NCBI RefSeq assembly: GCF_964355755.1
Contig: NC_092670.1
Span: 34,274,388 to 34,338,387 of the forward strand
Direction of reading: 5' to 3'
Source of the DNA: Antedon mediterranea
Lineage: Eukaryota > Animalia > Echinodermata
DNA: 64,000 nt
Part shown: positions 50,613-62,800 of the stretch, piece by piece
Numbering within the stretch: the first letter of the stretch is position 1
Layout of the letters: the number at the start of each line of letters is the position of its first letter
Translations under genes and position numbers: made by a program
Notes under the pieces: model-generated
What the model was told of the DNA's origin: nothing
Databases searched by the model: none
Seen by the model: only the letters and a program-made list of their open reading frames with translations

Positions 50613-52283
50613 TATTTATTATACCGTATATTTATATATTTTTATTTATTTTATTATTTTGTGACCGTATTATATGTGTACAGTACATAGGCCTACAACT
50701 AAACAACCCACGGTACCCAAGATAAAAATAAACTTGACATCGATATCGCCGCTACTCCGAATCCAACTCAACAAATGGGCTACCACCCCGCAGGCCGCCT
50801 ACTTGTAAAGAAACGGGGGAGAAGATATTATGTTGAGAAGGAGTTTCCAGAGGAATAGCCTATCATACGTTACCAAAGAACGTAAAGGAGAGGATCAGCT
50901 CTGGGTGAGTGAATAAAACACGATACCAAATATAGTATAGTCTGACACACGCCGGCGGTATAAGTATACTTTAATTCACACCCATCCTAGATTAGGAACT
51001 ACAGTGCAAGGGAGGGGGGGGGGGAGAATGATAATATTAACGTTTTATTGGGACACAGGCATATACAGATTTTCAGGGTCCAATAAATAATAAATAAATT
51101 CGTATCCATACATTAATTGCGTATATTTAAATACGACTTTGGACAGTCCGAGTTTTATTGATTGAACGTCTTGATGCGCTCGATGATGGATGATGTCATT
51201 CAAATGCGCACGGACGTGCGTGGTGGTGCACAAGGAAGTAGGGCGTACCTCCGGCCATACTCTAACTGTAATCCAAACCATTTCAATTAACAATAGTGGG
51301 ATTTTGTATCAATGAATAGAGTGATAAATAGTGTTATGCTTCACAAGTTTTTCGTAAGCCAAAATGAAAATGGATTTTAAAAATATACAATTCTGCATGA
51401 TTCGGCAATTCAGGAGACAATGTTTTTGACATGAACACATAGGATGTATTGTACTATTAACGAGTAAGATCCAATATAATATGCAAAAGATTCATTAAAC
51501 TCTGGAAGTCTGATAGGCCTATACCAATGTGTTACCTGAAATTGTAAGTATCCACGGAGGTTGGCACAGGCCCTAAAGTTAGTCGAATTATTTCTGTCTT
51601 CACCTGTAGGAGTCGCGTTCAGGTCAAAACAAAAAGATCAGAATGGCTTAGGTGTTATAGAAAGTCTGCTAGACCTACTGTTGGATTTGTTTTCATCAAT
51701 GAAACACGAATGATTGGGTACGTATGTATTTGAATTAGACCTATGCTTGGTTCTATTAGACGCAAACGAAGTCATTTTTACGAAGCATCACACAAAGTAA
51801 AGTTCGATAATCATTATCTTTGCGTTGGAAATTCGAACCAAGCTTTTTACAATCACGGAAATGGTGGAAGGAACTGTTCCCTCCCCACACTAGTGTATCC
51901 CAAAAGGGACACCCCTGAGTTCATTCCATTTCACCTATTCCCTATCACCGCGCCTAAGTTATTGTTTGCTTGCGCAAAGGCTTAATGGAGGCCTTTTAGT
52001 CTCTATAGAAAACTTTAGGAAACATTAATTGTGTTTACAAACTTTGAGTTGGTCGTGTCAACCAAAGTTTGCTAGTGCAGAGCCTAGTCAGAGGAGCTTT
52101 AGCAAACTTCTTTTGATTGAAAGTTGGTAGTGATGCGACTTCTGCAAACTTGTTTTCTGCGGTTCGTTCCCAAAGTTTGTCAACTATTTAGTAAACTTTG
52201 GAAAACATTTCTTGTCAAACTTACCGTCACCAAAAATTTGCCAAGTACAATGAAAAAACTTTTCTTTTTTTTTTTACATAGAG

Positions 52284-52928
52284 ATGTCTGAACTTGTTGT
52301 GGTCTTGGTGGTAGTTGGTAGCGCATCTGTGATTGCTACTATATTAGTCATTTTGTTCTTTAACAAATGTTGGTGGCCGTTTGTGAGGCAACGCCGCTGT
52401 GCAAGACCAGAACCACGTCAGGTTGGTAGAAATGTGTCTGTGCAGGACGACATAGTACTTGTACAAGATGTAAGGCTACACTCAGGTCATGGGATTTGGA
52501 TAATGACATTGGATAATATATGTGATAGTAACGTAGTTGACTTACCATCTTTATCAGCCGAACAATCATTACATACAAATTCTAATTATATACAACACAA
52601 TGGAGGCGTTGAATTCGATAGACAAGACATTGCTGGACCACCCAGTTACTCACCCTCAGTACCAGCCGAACAATCATTAGACCTATATACAAATCATAGT
52701 CAAAGCAGTGAAGAATTTGGGAGCCAAGATATTGCTGAACCCCCCAGTTTTACCGGTGATTCGTATGTTGAAAACTTACAGAGTGAAGATTCACCGTATG
52801 AAGGACCACCCCCTCCGTACACCCCACGTAATGTGCTTGCGCCGCCCCAAGATACATGGAGCATTTCGGTACCTACTTATGAAGAGTCGTTGCATCACAC
52901 CATTCCATACAATAACGATTTTGTTTGA
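52284..52928 (+). CDS. Single-pass membrane protein with multiple PY motifs (PMEPA1/WBP1/Commissureless-like architecture); may be a terminal exon
   Basis: TM LVVVLVVVGSASVIATILVILFF, juxtamembrane Cys and basic residues, GPPSY, EPPSF, PPPPY, VPTYEE; strong poly-T acceptor ending at 52281. Confidence 0.7.
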   Translation: MSELVVVLVVVGSASVIATILVILFFNKCWWPFVRQRRCARPEPRQVGRNVSVQDDIVLVQDVRLHSGHGIWIMTLDNICDSNVVDLPSLSAEQSLHTNSNYIQHNGGVEFDRQDIAGPPSYSPSVPAEQSLDLYTNHSQSSEEFGSQDIAEPPSFTGDSYVENLQSEDSPYEGPPPPYTPRNVLAPPQDTWSISVPTYEESLHHTIPYNNDFV

Positions 52929-55249
52929 AACTTTTAAATATTCTATCACCATGGATTGTTTATGAATATATAATATATTAAGGAAAGTTGTAATTAAGTT
53001 GGCAGCCCAACAAATTCATAGGAACTTGTTTCTGACCCGAAGCAAGATTGCATTAGTCAAAAACAAAAGTTGTAATTTCTATATAAGGAAATAAAACAGT
53101 ATATATAGTCTTGATTCAATTCCCGTCGATATAGGAGGCCTACCAGTGGTATCATGAGCGACTAAAAATGAAGTTATCGCGTCTAACAGCAAAGTTAATG
53201 TACTGTAGATAAAGCTTTTCTTCAAAAGCATTATGTCAACGCTTTACTACCGTACTATTCATCAAACTTTTCGGCCTGCACCACCAAAGTCCATACATTT
53301 TTTTTTAACGGAGAAAAATCACTGTTTTAACCAAAAAACTCCAAAATGTAGAGTTGTCTACAGTTGAATTATGGGAAGGGCTAATAAAATAATCAAGTTC
53401 AGCCCCTAAATGTGTACCAACAATTCGAGATAAATTATCTACCTGTGTAGTTTAGACCAAGTAACGCAAAAAAATGCCAACAAATTACCTGTAGTGTCAG
53501 ACAATGGGTTTTAAATTTGAAGCCGTGAAATTGCTTATTCAAAGTCCGATTTTATTAACCTTTATTTCCATGTCTTTGAGGGATTGTAATTAAACATTAC
53601 ATCTTTAAAGATATTTTATCTCCTTAACAAAATGCCATTTTAATGTCACATAATAGTTATTTACCAAAACTGGATCGAAAAAAAAAATATTTACCTTGAA
53701 AAAAATGTAACTTTAAAGCAAAAAAATACTTAAATTGACAGACAATGGTTTTTGGTTAAAATTAAACGTTTATTTTGTCTTTTTATAGGCCTAAGTAAAA
53801 TTTTCTTTTGTGTTTTTTGTTTACAGAAGTGACTCACTTTATTAAAACTGCAAAATGGCCAATTTAAAGTCTGATTTGATTAATCTACATTGAGCTCATT
53901 ATATATGTGTTAACCACCAATAAATGGTGTACTTATATTATTATAGTTGTTGTCTGGCCGTTTATTACTCGTTCATGCTGTAGTCTGCACCCGTAACACC
54001 CGTTTTGCCGATTAATATGAGGTTGTCATATTACACATTCTATTCTACAGCTCACTATGTTGGTCAGTCGGTCGGTTGGTCGGTCGGTTGGTCGGTAAAC
54101 ACTAACTTTAGCGACTGCAGCCATGTATATGGCCTTGTTCCACATCAGCTTGACTGTAGTTTTTATTCTGTTAAATTAAAAATGTACAATTAGATTTTTT
54201 TTAACGGAAAGACAGGAAAACTTGAAGTAGAGTTACTAAGAATGTATTTTTAAAAAAACAATATTTGATATCAGTATACTCCGTTTTAATGAATTATTAA
54301 GTATTTTAAAAAAGGCTGTGGTACGAAATTGTTACATTATTATATAGGGCTATAACAATGGAATGAAAATTATAGCGTATTATTTCACTGAATCAAACAC
54401 TTTCAAAATGTTGAGGAGGTCGATGATTAACGATTGCGAAATGTAGCCTCTATAGTCGGAGATAATTTTCGCAATTACAGTAGCTCATCATGAGAGAGAA
54501 GCCCAGAAATAAGTGCGCTTGTTGTCTTACCAGACACGCTTATTTCTTGGCTTCTCTCCAATTTCGAGTTATAACCATTTTGACTTACCCTCTGGATGCG
54601 CAGTAGTTTGTTAAAAAATGTAACTTTTGACAAATTAATTGTGATGTACGGCTGCAATGTGTCTTTTACAGTTTTTACTACACATTGCCTTTAGCTTCTG
54701 GATTTGTGTTTATTTGGTAATTTCCACAGGAATAATATAGGCCCTAATTATACATCGATATATTAAAAGGCAACCTTGAAATAGGAAAGATGTTTTGTGG
54801 CATCTGTGATGCAATGCATGTCTTAAATCGACAGACTAGGAAAAGGCAGTCTAATTTTCCTTTAAGCATGAAAAAACACCTGGTTTCGGGTATAACGGTA
54901 CATCATGACATAATGTCACACAAAAAAAAGTGAAATATGAATATTATTTCGACCGGTAGGGCCTATACCGTAAAATCATCGATGATAGAATAGCCAGACT
55001 TTTTTTTTTCACGATATGCTATATTTTTTTAACCATTTATTGAAAGTAGGCCTCTAGCCTAGTCAGCGCTTGATTTCTAAATCACGCGACGTTCCCGAAA
55101 AACACTCTTGGAATAGGGCCTAGGATACTTTCATTTAACCATAAACAATGCATGCGCTTTTTAAATCATTTATTGAAAGTATAGTTCCCGAAAACGCTCT
55201 TTTTTTTTGGCTTTTGTCCATTATTTACTTTATTTCACCTTAGAGAGTA

Positions 55250-55471
55250 TATGTTCAGACTCACGGCGTTAAGGTGGCGTTATGTAAGCGGCGTGCAAGT
55301 AGTAAGTAGTAAGAACAAATCAGTATATTTTGACTAGTTAACATTGTTAATAAAAATAGCAAAAAAACAACTTTAAGTAATGCGTTTGTCATGAATGTAT
55401 GCATATAGTTCTATCTGCACTGTACGCCTTGCGTTGTAGATAACAAACCTAACGCCGTGAGTCTGAACATA
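55250..55471. mobile_element. MITE-like inverted repeat
   Basis: TATGTTCAGACTCACGGCGTTA ... TAACGCCGTGAGTCTGAACATA. Confidence 0.7.
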
Positions 55472-56290
55472 GGCGCACCCTTAAACAAGTCATGCGCTTA
55501 AGTACGTTCACACGTACGGCGTAAGAGTGGTGTGGCTTACGCAAGCGGTAAGGTAATCCACGGATTAATGATCATGTTTTCACACGTACGGCGTTCGTTA
55601 TATTAATGATTGGCGTTAAACAAAGAAGTTCAAGTACAACATTTACCTTTTTAAAAGTTAAACCCTTGTTTTTTTTTAAATAGATTTTACACTGTCTTGA
55701 TGACAATCTTTTGTTTTTTTAAAAAAAAACCATTTCAGCACTTGATTTCTAAATCAATTCTTAGTCCCGAAAAACACACTGCTTTTGGCCATTTTTACTT
55801 TTATCCCTAAAAAGCATGCGCGTTAGATCGAAGAGTAGAGAGCAGCTAAATAGTTTGTTTTTATATTAGCAATACATTTACAGTAAAAAACAAGCATTAA
55901 TTGGTAAATAGCTTGTTTTTATATCAGCAATAATGTACAGTAAATAACAAAATAACAAGCATTTTTGGTAAACTCGGCGATCGGGACGTGTTCACGTGAG
56001 TCCCGACCAATAAAAACCGATCAGGCCCGTGACAAAATTACTCTGATGTTCAATTATTTATCTGTAAGGTAAGGGTTTTTGGACATAAAATGAGAGGCGA
56101 GTGTAAAAAACCATAGAGTTTAGAGATAGGCCATGGTAAAACTAAAACGGCCGGAAAATCAAAATGGTCCGTTTAGTAGCCTACATAAATAGACTATGGT
56201 AGATAGTTTAGCTATCTACACTTTTGTGACTGTAGACCTGTATTTTTATTTAGTTTTAATTAACGAACAAATACAATTTTTATATTTTAC

Positions 56291-56325
56291 CAGGGAAGAG
56301 TGAAATTAAATTTCACTCTTCCCTG
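56291..56325. repeat. 35-bp palindrome flanked by a 7-bp direct repeat
   Basis: ATTTTAC|CAGGGAAGAGTGAAATTAAATTTCACTCTTCCCTG|ATTTTAC. Confidence 0.85.
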
Positions 56326-56789
56326 ATTTTACTGACAGGAATCAATATTGCCATTTATAAAAAAAAAGTAAATTATCTTATTAAAATGACGTATTAATTA
56401 TATATTATTGTACTTCGTCCAGTGGCCTACATACTGTTGAATAAATGAATTAATTATTATTAATAATATTATAATTTATTGAGAAAGATAGTGGATATTA
56501 TACCATTTAGTACTAATAGCATAGAGTTTCTCTTTCCTTTTAGTTTTGCTTTTCATCACATTATAAAAAAGAATGTCGCGGAAGAATATTTGATAAGTAT
56601 TCAACTTATTCTTAAACGTTATACACTGATTGTAAAGGCTATTTATAACAAACACGTGACACATAGATTGTCTTATTTATTAATAGAGAATTTTAAATGT
56701 TTAGTTTTGATTAAATCCAACATATTTTCTTAAAATAGATCTACTTTTTCACTGCGTAATTGAGTGATTCACCTTATTTTGAAAGAGGG

Positions 56790-56950
56790 CAAATTGGGCG
56801 GGAAGTGAAAGGACGCCATCTTCTAGCGTCCAGAGAGCCTACGAAGCGAGATAAGTAGTTTCGTGAACGTACGGAATCTGTAAATTTGCACTTATTTTTA
56901 CATGTATTTTGTGCATAGTTTGTACCAAACAAAATAGTATCGATAAAGGT
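56790..56950 (+). promoter_or_regulatory. Probable RAD21 promoter / non-coding exon 1
   Basis: GGCGGGAAGT (E2F/ETS-like) and CGCCATCTT (YY1-like) in a locally GC-richer patch; candidate donor AAG|GTTTGT at ~56948; acceptor at 59813 precedes the RAD21 ATG. Confidence 0.5.
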
Positions 56951-57654
56951 TTGTGTTTTAGTTTTAATTTAGTAAATAATTACGTACAAAATGTGCTTTA
57001 AAAATCTGGTATTTGATTTGTTACGTAGGCTAACCAGGCTAGTCTCAACCTTCTGTCTGTGCTTTCTTTTTACTTCAAATGATGCGGTGATCACACTGTG
57101 CTAAAGGGGGCACTGTTCTTCCACTGTGAAAAGTGGATGGCGCTGGTCAAAATTGATTGTAATTAATTATTTATAATGTTCATATAAATATTTTATTTTT
57201 ATGTAGGGCCTAGGCCTACCCTACCTAGGCCTAGGCCTATATATAAACCATGATTATTTACAATTAATGTAGGCCTAGACTATTAACAACTTAAAACAAG
57301 AAGTAGGCTAGGCTAAGAAAGCCAGTCATTTTTAACTGAGTGATCTGCTGTGTGTGTGGGTTGGGAAAAAGACCCAGCTTTGGCTACTTATACTAAAAAG
57401 TAATATATTATAGTATTTAGGCCCTAAGTACAAACATTCTGTTTCTTGTTATTGTAATATGTTCATTTTTAATGTAAAAAAACTGTCAAAATACCGATTA
57501 GGCCTAGGTTTATTCCGACACTTAAATGAAGACTTCTCAGTCTCTCCAACAAAACAGCAAATGAGTAAATTCGTGGACCCACTGTGTGAAAACTTGTTTC
57601 TGGAAAGAAACATATTTATTAAGTTAAATTTACCACTAGACTTGAGCATGTTAA

Positions 57655-58249
57655 AGACACCTTCCCTACAATTTGTGACGTTTTGTAAAAATAATATATA
57701 TATATATTACTTTAAAAACATTAAACCAGGTCATTCCTTGTCATAAAGTTACGTTTTATGGTAAATTATGATAAAAAGTGAGAAACAGTGCACTACAGTA
57801 TCTCACGGTGAATGACCTCTCGTGGAAGGTCTTTAGGCCTAGCTAGGCTGGCTGGTAAACATCGGTAACGTACGAACATTGTACGCTAGCTATATACCCA
57901 GCCGGACGTTGACATTGACATTAATTGTCTTTCTATTTTTGCTAGACTCCGGTAATACAAATTGGGGAAAACATGGTATTTTAGCTGAAAAGTTAGGAGT
58001 CTTTCATTTGTTTTGACCTCACGATTGATCGAAAAGTGGGTGAATTACAGAAGAAAAACAAAAATATCAATCTGCGCGCAATGCATTTTGGGATTTATAG
58101 CGGGCCACTATAATTATTAGAATCGACTTATTTTTAACCATTTAAAGACGGAAAAACTTATCGCAATAGGACCATATTATAGTATTAATTTTACATTAAA
58201 TATAGTTTGTGAGCATAAATTAGATCTAAAAAATGTAGGGAAGGTGTCT
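57655..58249 (+). mobile_element. Kolobok-like family A, copy 5
   Basis: TTAA-AGACACCTTCCCTACA ... TGTAGGGAAGGTGTCT-TTAA. Confidence 0.85.
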
Positions 58250-58335
58250 TTAAATATCATTTTATATCATAAAACCCTAATAACGAGTGTAGATTAGTAT
58301 GACCGCTAGCTAGTAGTCGCTACTACTAACCTACC

Positions 58336-59481
58336 CAGGGATGTCACCAGCTTTTTGGAGTGCCGGTCGGCAAATTTCCCGGGGGGTTTGTCGTTATTTC
58401 AGCGAAACATAAAGAATTATGAAAATAAATAACAACAAATTGCGTCAGGTTTAGGCCTAACCTTGTACCACCGGGGAGTCGCCGTTATTATTCGCGAAAA
58501 CAAAAAAACGCTCACGAAATGAATAGCAATAGATCGCGTCAGGCTTAGGCCTAGCCTTGTAGACACTACGACCACTAGGCCTAGCCAAGGCTTATAGATA
58601 GATGCCCCAAAACCTGAATTCCACAAAAACGGGCGCTTCTTTATTTAGGCCTAATCCCTAATCAAATAATGTAGATAAATTATTAGCCTAGACCTTACTA
58701 CTTGTTGCTCGATATAATGTTCGTGTTCTTTTGCGCGAGAGTTTTTTAGCGTATTCGCGAATTCCGGATTTTTTGTTTCGCAACTGTGCGGCAAGCATGT
58801 AGTGCATGGCCGGCAAGAACAGAGACACGTGTTTATGGGTTAACTGAAGTTCAGCAACCTGAAGTTATCCCAGGGACGTGTAATTATTGTACCATGCTCG
58901 GCGATCATAAACGAACGAACTTGCCCGGTCTCACTGAACCATGCGCATGTTTTTTTATTTTTTTTAATAGTTCGTAGAGTACAAAAATGTAAAACTAGTA
59001 ACATAATATAATTAAAGCAGGGTGACAAAACATTCAGCAATTAAAAATGATTTTGTTTGGGTCTATGTAGTTATACATTTTTAATTACTGCGTACTTGTT
59101 TGTATTTTTAATCTGTGCAAAATAAAACGCTTGAATGGTCGCTATGTGAACTTTAAACTTGTACACTATGTGCTGTGTAGCACGTTGTTCGCCATGACTC
59201 ACAAGCTGTAACAATGAATACCAGGGCAGGGTAGGCCTGGTAAAGTAACGTACGTAACCACGGAAACATTTGCTGTAGTCTTTTGTCTTATCTATATGAG
59301 GCTAGCTTGTCTGTTATTAACGATGTGCTAGGTAAAATGTTTTAGTACGAATTTTAGTTAGGCCTAGGCCTAATATAAATATCGTAATAATTAATAAATA
59401 ATAGTGGTGGTCGGCAGCCTGTAAATCCTGGTCGGAAATGTTGAGTGCTGGTCGGGGCCGACCAGCGTGGTGACATCCCTG
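58336..59481. mobile_element. Non-autonomous hAT-like element with 6-bp TSD
   Basis: CCTACC|CAGGGATGTCACCA ... TGGTGACATCCCTG|CCTACC; subterminal GGTCGG repeats. Confidence 0.75.
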
Positions 59482-59840
59482 CCTACCCTACAGTAGTCCT
59501 ACTCAAATCTTCTATGGCTAGCCAAATCATAAAGGGCCTAATTTTTGTATCTACCTTTCGTGTAATGACATTAAACAACTTTTATTTTAAATAATAAAAT
59601 GTAATAAGGTATGCAAAAAACTTGTGACTGTTGATATTTCTAATTAGCCTCATTGTGCTACAGGAGCTAAAAATGGTATTTTAATGAATAAAAATAAACA
59701 AACTTGGTTCCATTCTTACATAGTGAGTACTATATAGTGTTATAATTACATATACAGTACAGTATGCTCTCCTCAATTTCCTATGCAATAATGAGACAAT
59801 CAATTTTTTGCAGAGGGGAAACCTATAACCATCGACAACT

Positions 59841-62800
59841 ATGTTTTATGCCCATTTTGTGTTGAGTAAGAAGGGGCCTTTGGCCCGTATCTGGTTGGCA
59901 GCTCATTGGGACAAGAAGCTGAGCAAGGCTCATGTCTTTGAAACTGATGTTGAAGACTGCTGTGATAGCATTATTCACCCGAAGGTATGATTTTTAATAT
60001 AATTGTATTTTAACAGAAGTATAGTACTAATTTGCCATGTAGAATGATTATAAAGATATTATAGATTTTAAGCTATTCAGACTTAGTCATGTTTAGTTTT
60101 TTTATGTAAATTGTAAAAAAAAGTATTTGACTTTTAGGGGTGAAAAATGGATAGTTCAGTGCACCTGTTCCTAGTCTAGTAAAGAATTTATATGTTTTAT
60201 CATCTTATTGTGTATACAAGCTAATCTTCAAATTGATAATGTTACTGTGTAGGTGAAAATGGCACTACGAACAACAGGCCATTTGCTTTTGGGTGTGGTA
60301 CGAATTCATAGCAGAAAGGCCAAGTATTTGCTAGCTGATTGTAATGAAGCGTTTGTTAAGATCAAGATGGCGTTCAGGCCTGGTGTGGTTGATCTACCGG
60401 AAGAAAACAGAGAAGCGGCATTTGCTGCTATCACACTCCCAGAAGTCTTTCATGACTTTGATTCAGCAATGCCTGAAATAAAGTAAGTTATTTTTCCTTT
60501 GTAAACCTGGCCATCATAGAATACAATGTATTTCTTTTATTCTATAGTGATGTGATGTTTATTTAAAAGTTTGAAACATCAAGAAACACTCTTGTTAGTA
60601 GATAACAACCAAATCGTTTCTGGATCGACTGGACGTTTTAGTTTTAGAAGTTGGCCTAAGCCTATACTACTAATAATAGTTCATTGTGGTTCACCGTGTG
60701 ATGACATCATCTACCGTGGCAAATTTCTATTTATTTATATATTTGCCGTCGATTAAATAAAATACACCATGAAGAAAACGATTATGATTAATAATATTTA
60801 TTAATAAATGCTTCCGGGTAATTTACAACTTGGTCCTCCATCAGTCAAAATTGACTCATTAACTTTGCACACACATCACAAAAAACATTGTTATGCATTT
60901 TGTCTGACCTTATTATAAAATGCGTGGGTTTGGTGGAGTAGTCTGGTGACATCTGTTTGGGGACATCACACTTTCTTTTTGTCAAACTAGTTTGATAGTG
61001 TAGACAGAGCTTTACTGACAAGTTTAATTGTGCAGGTAAAGTAATTGTTCATATCTTTTGTTTTTAGTGATGCCGAAGTTCAGAAACAGTTTACATTGAA
61101 CCAGAGTCGTGTTGAAGAAATTACAATGAAGGAAGACCTGGGTAATATAACGTTAGGTCATGACGATGGCTTTGGCATGGGTATGTATCTGATATGGGAC
61201 GTACTTTGGTTAAAGCTACAAACTAGATATCAACTAGAACTATCAACTAAAAGTTTAATATGCCCAAATATGGTAGTGATACGTCATCATGTACGTATAT
61301 GGGCACATCACATTTTTTATCACACAACTTAGTCCTCCATCAGTCAAAATTGACTCATTAATGCGTGGGTTTGGTGGAGTAGCCTGGTGACATCCCTGTT
61401 TGAGGACATCACATTTTTTGTCACATAAAGTTTGATATTGTAGACAGAGCTTAAGGATAGATTAGTGTGTTACACTTTCAATTAAAGATATATTGTCCCC
61501 TGAAAAAATAATTGAGGAAAATATGTTGAAGAGACAATTTTAATGCTAACATAATAAATAAAGTAGATAACAGTTTTTAAAGATAAAAAAGTCAACAAGA
61601 AGCTCATTTAGTTTCTGGTTAAATTTAACTTTTATTTTGTCCCTTTTATAAGCTAAATCATTATTTTTTATTCATCTTTATTTTTTGGGAGACAATGCAC
61701 TTTAGCTAACTCAATTTTGCATACATACAGTAAATAATATATAGAAGAACTATAATCTTTTAAATACTTCAATGCCAAATGGTATTTAAAATAATAATTG
61801 TTATTTTAAAAAAAACATTTCTACTACTGAATTAAAAAAATAGAAAATGTTATTATGTAGGGGATCTTGGTTTTGATCATTCTGTTATGCGTGATGCTGG
61901 AAGCGGAGAAGACAGCCTGTACAAACATGGTCACGATAGCACATTGCTGGACGTCAGCAAGAAGGGCAGTGTTATTGACACATCCCTCGAAAAACAAATG
62001 GACATAGATCTTGATCAACCAATCAGATATGACGGATTTGGCGGACAAATTGGCACTGGGGATCCTCTCTTAGGTGAGAAACTTTCTATTGATTTGTTAT
62101 ATAAAGGTAAGATATTTCAACATGAGTGTTTTTTTATGTATTTATTTTTTTCTTTGTTTCCTTTAGCCAATACATAAGTATTAATTGTTCCATTTAATTT
62201 ATTTCATTATTTGTTTTAAATCAATAGCGTTAATGAAATGATCATTGATTGCTATCTTTCATAAACCTAATACAAGCTTTCCTAATAATAAATTCATTCC
62301 ATTGGAATTTTCCTAAACAATATCGTTATATAACAAGAGCAATCCGAGAGTTGTAACCTCCACCATAAGTTAAAGATCTGTCCTGTAGTTTTTATGTATG
62401 GCCTAAAATTACTATAATGAAAGTTGTCCAGAATTGAGATCGTTGTTCGGATTGTCTCCAATGGTCCTCCTGGTCGAAATTAAATTGAGAACCCACACCA
62501 ATTTTGCATAATATTGAAAAGAATATTTATGTGGTTTTTCCTTTTTAAATTCACAGGAGATGGGTTCATGACAGGAGCCAGTGACCTTTTTGATGAGCAG
62601 CCTGAAATTCCTGCTCAAGAAATTTCACTTCGACCTGACGATGCGATGTCGACAACAAGCTCTGTTGGAAAAAGAGATGATGAACAAAAAGACAGAGAAG
62701 CAACCATTGCAGAAAGTATGTATCTTTCTATAATATCTATTTGTGATGATACTGTTCATAGGCTTTCACTCAATGCCAGACTTTCTGAAAACCATTTCCA

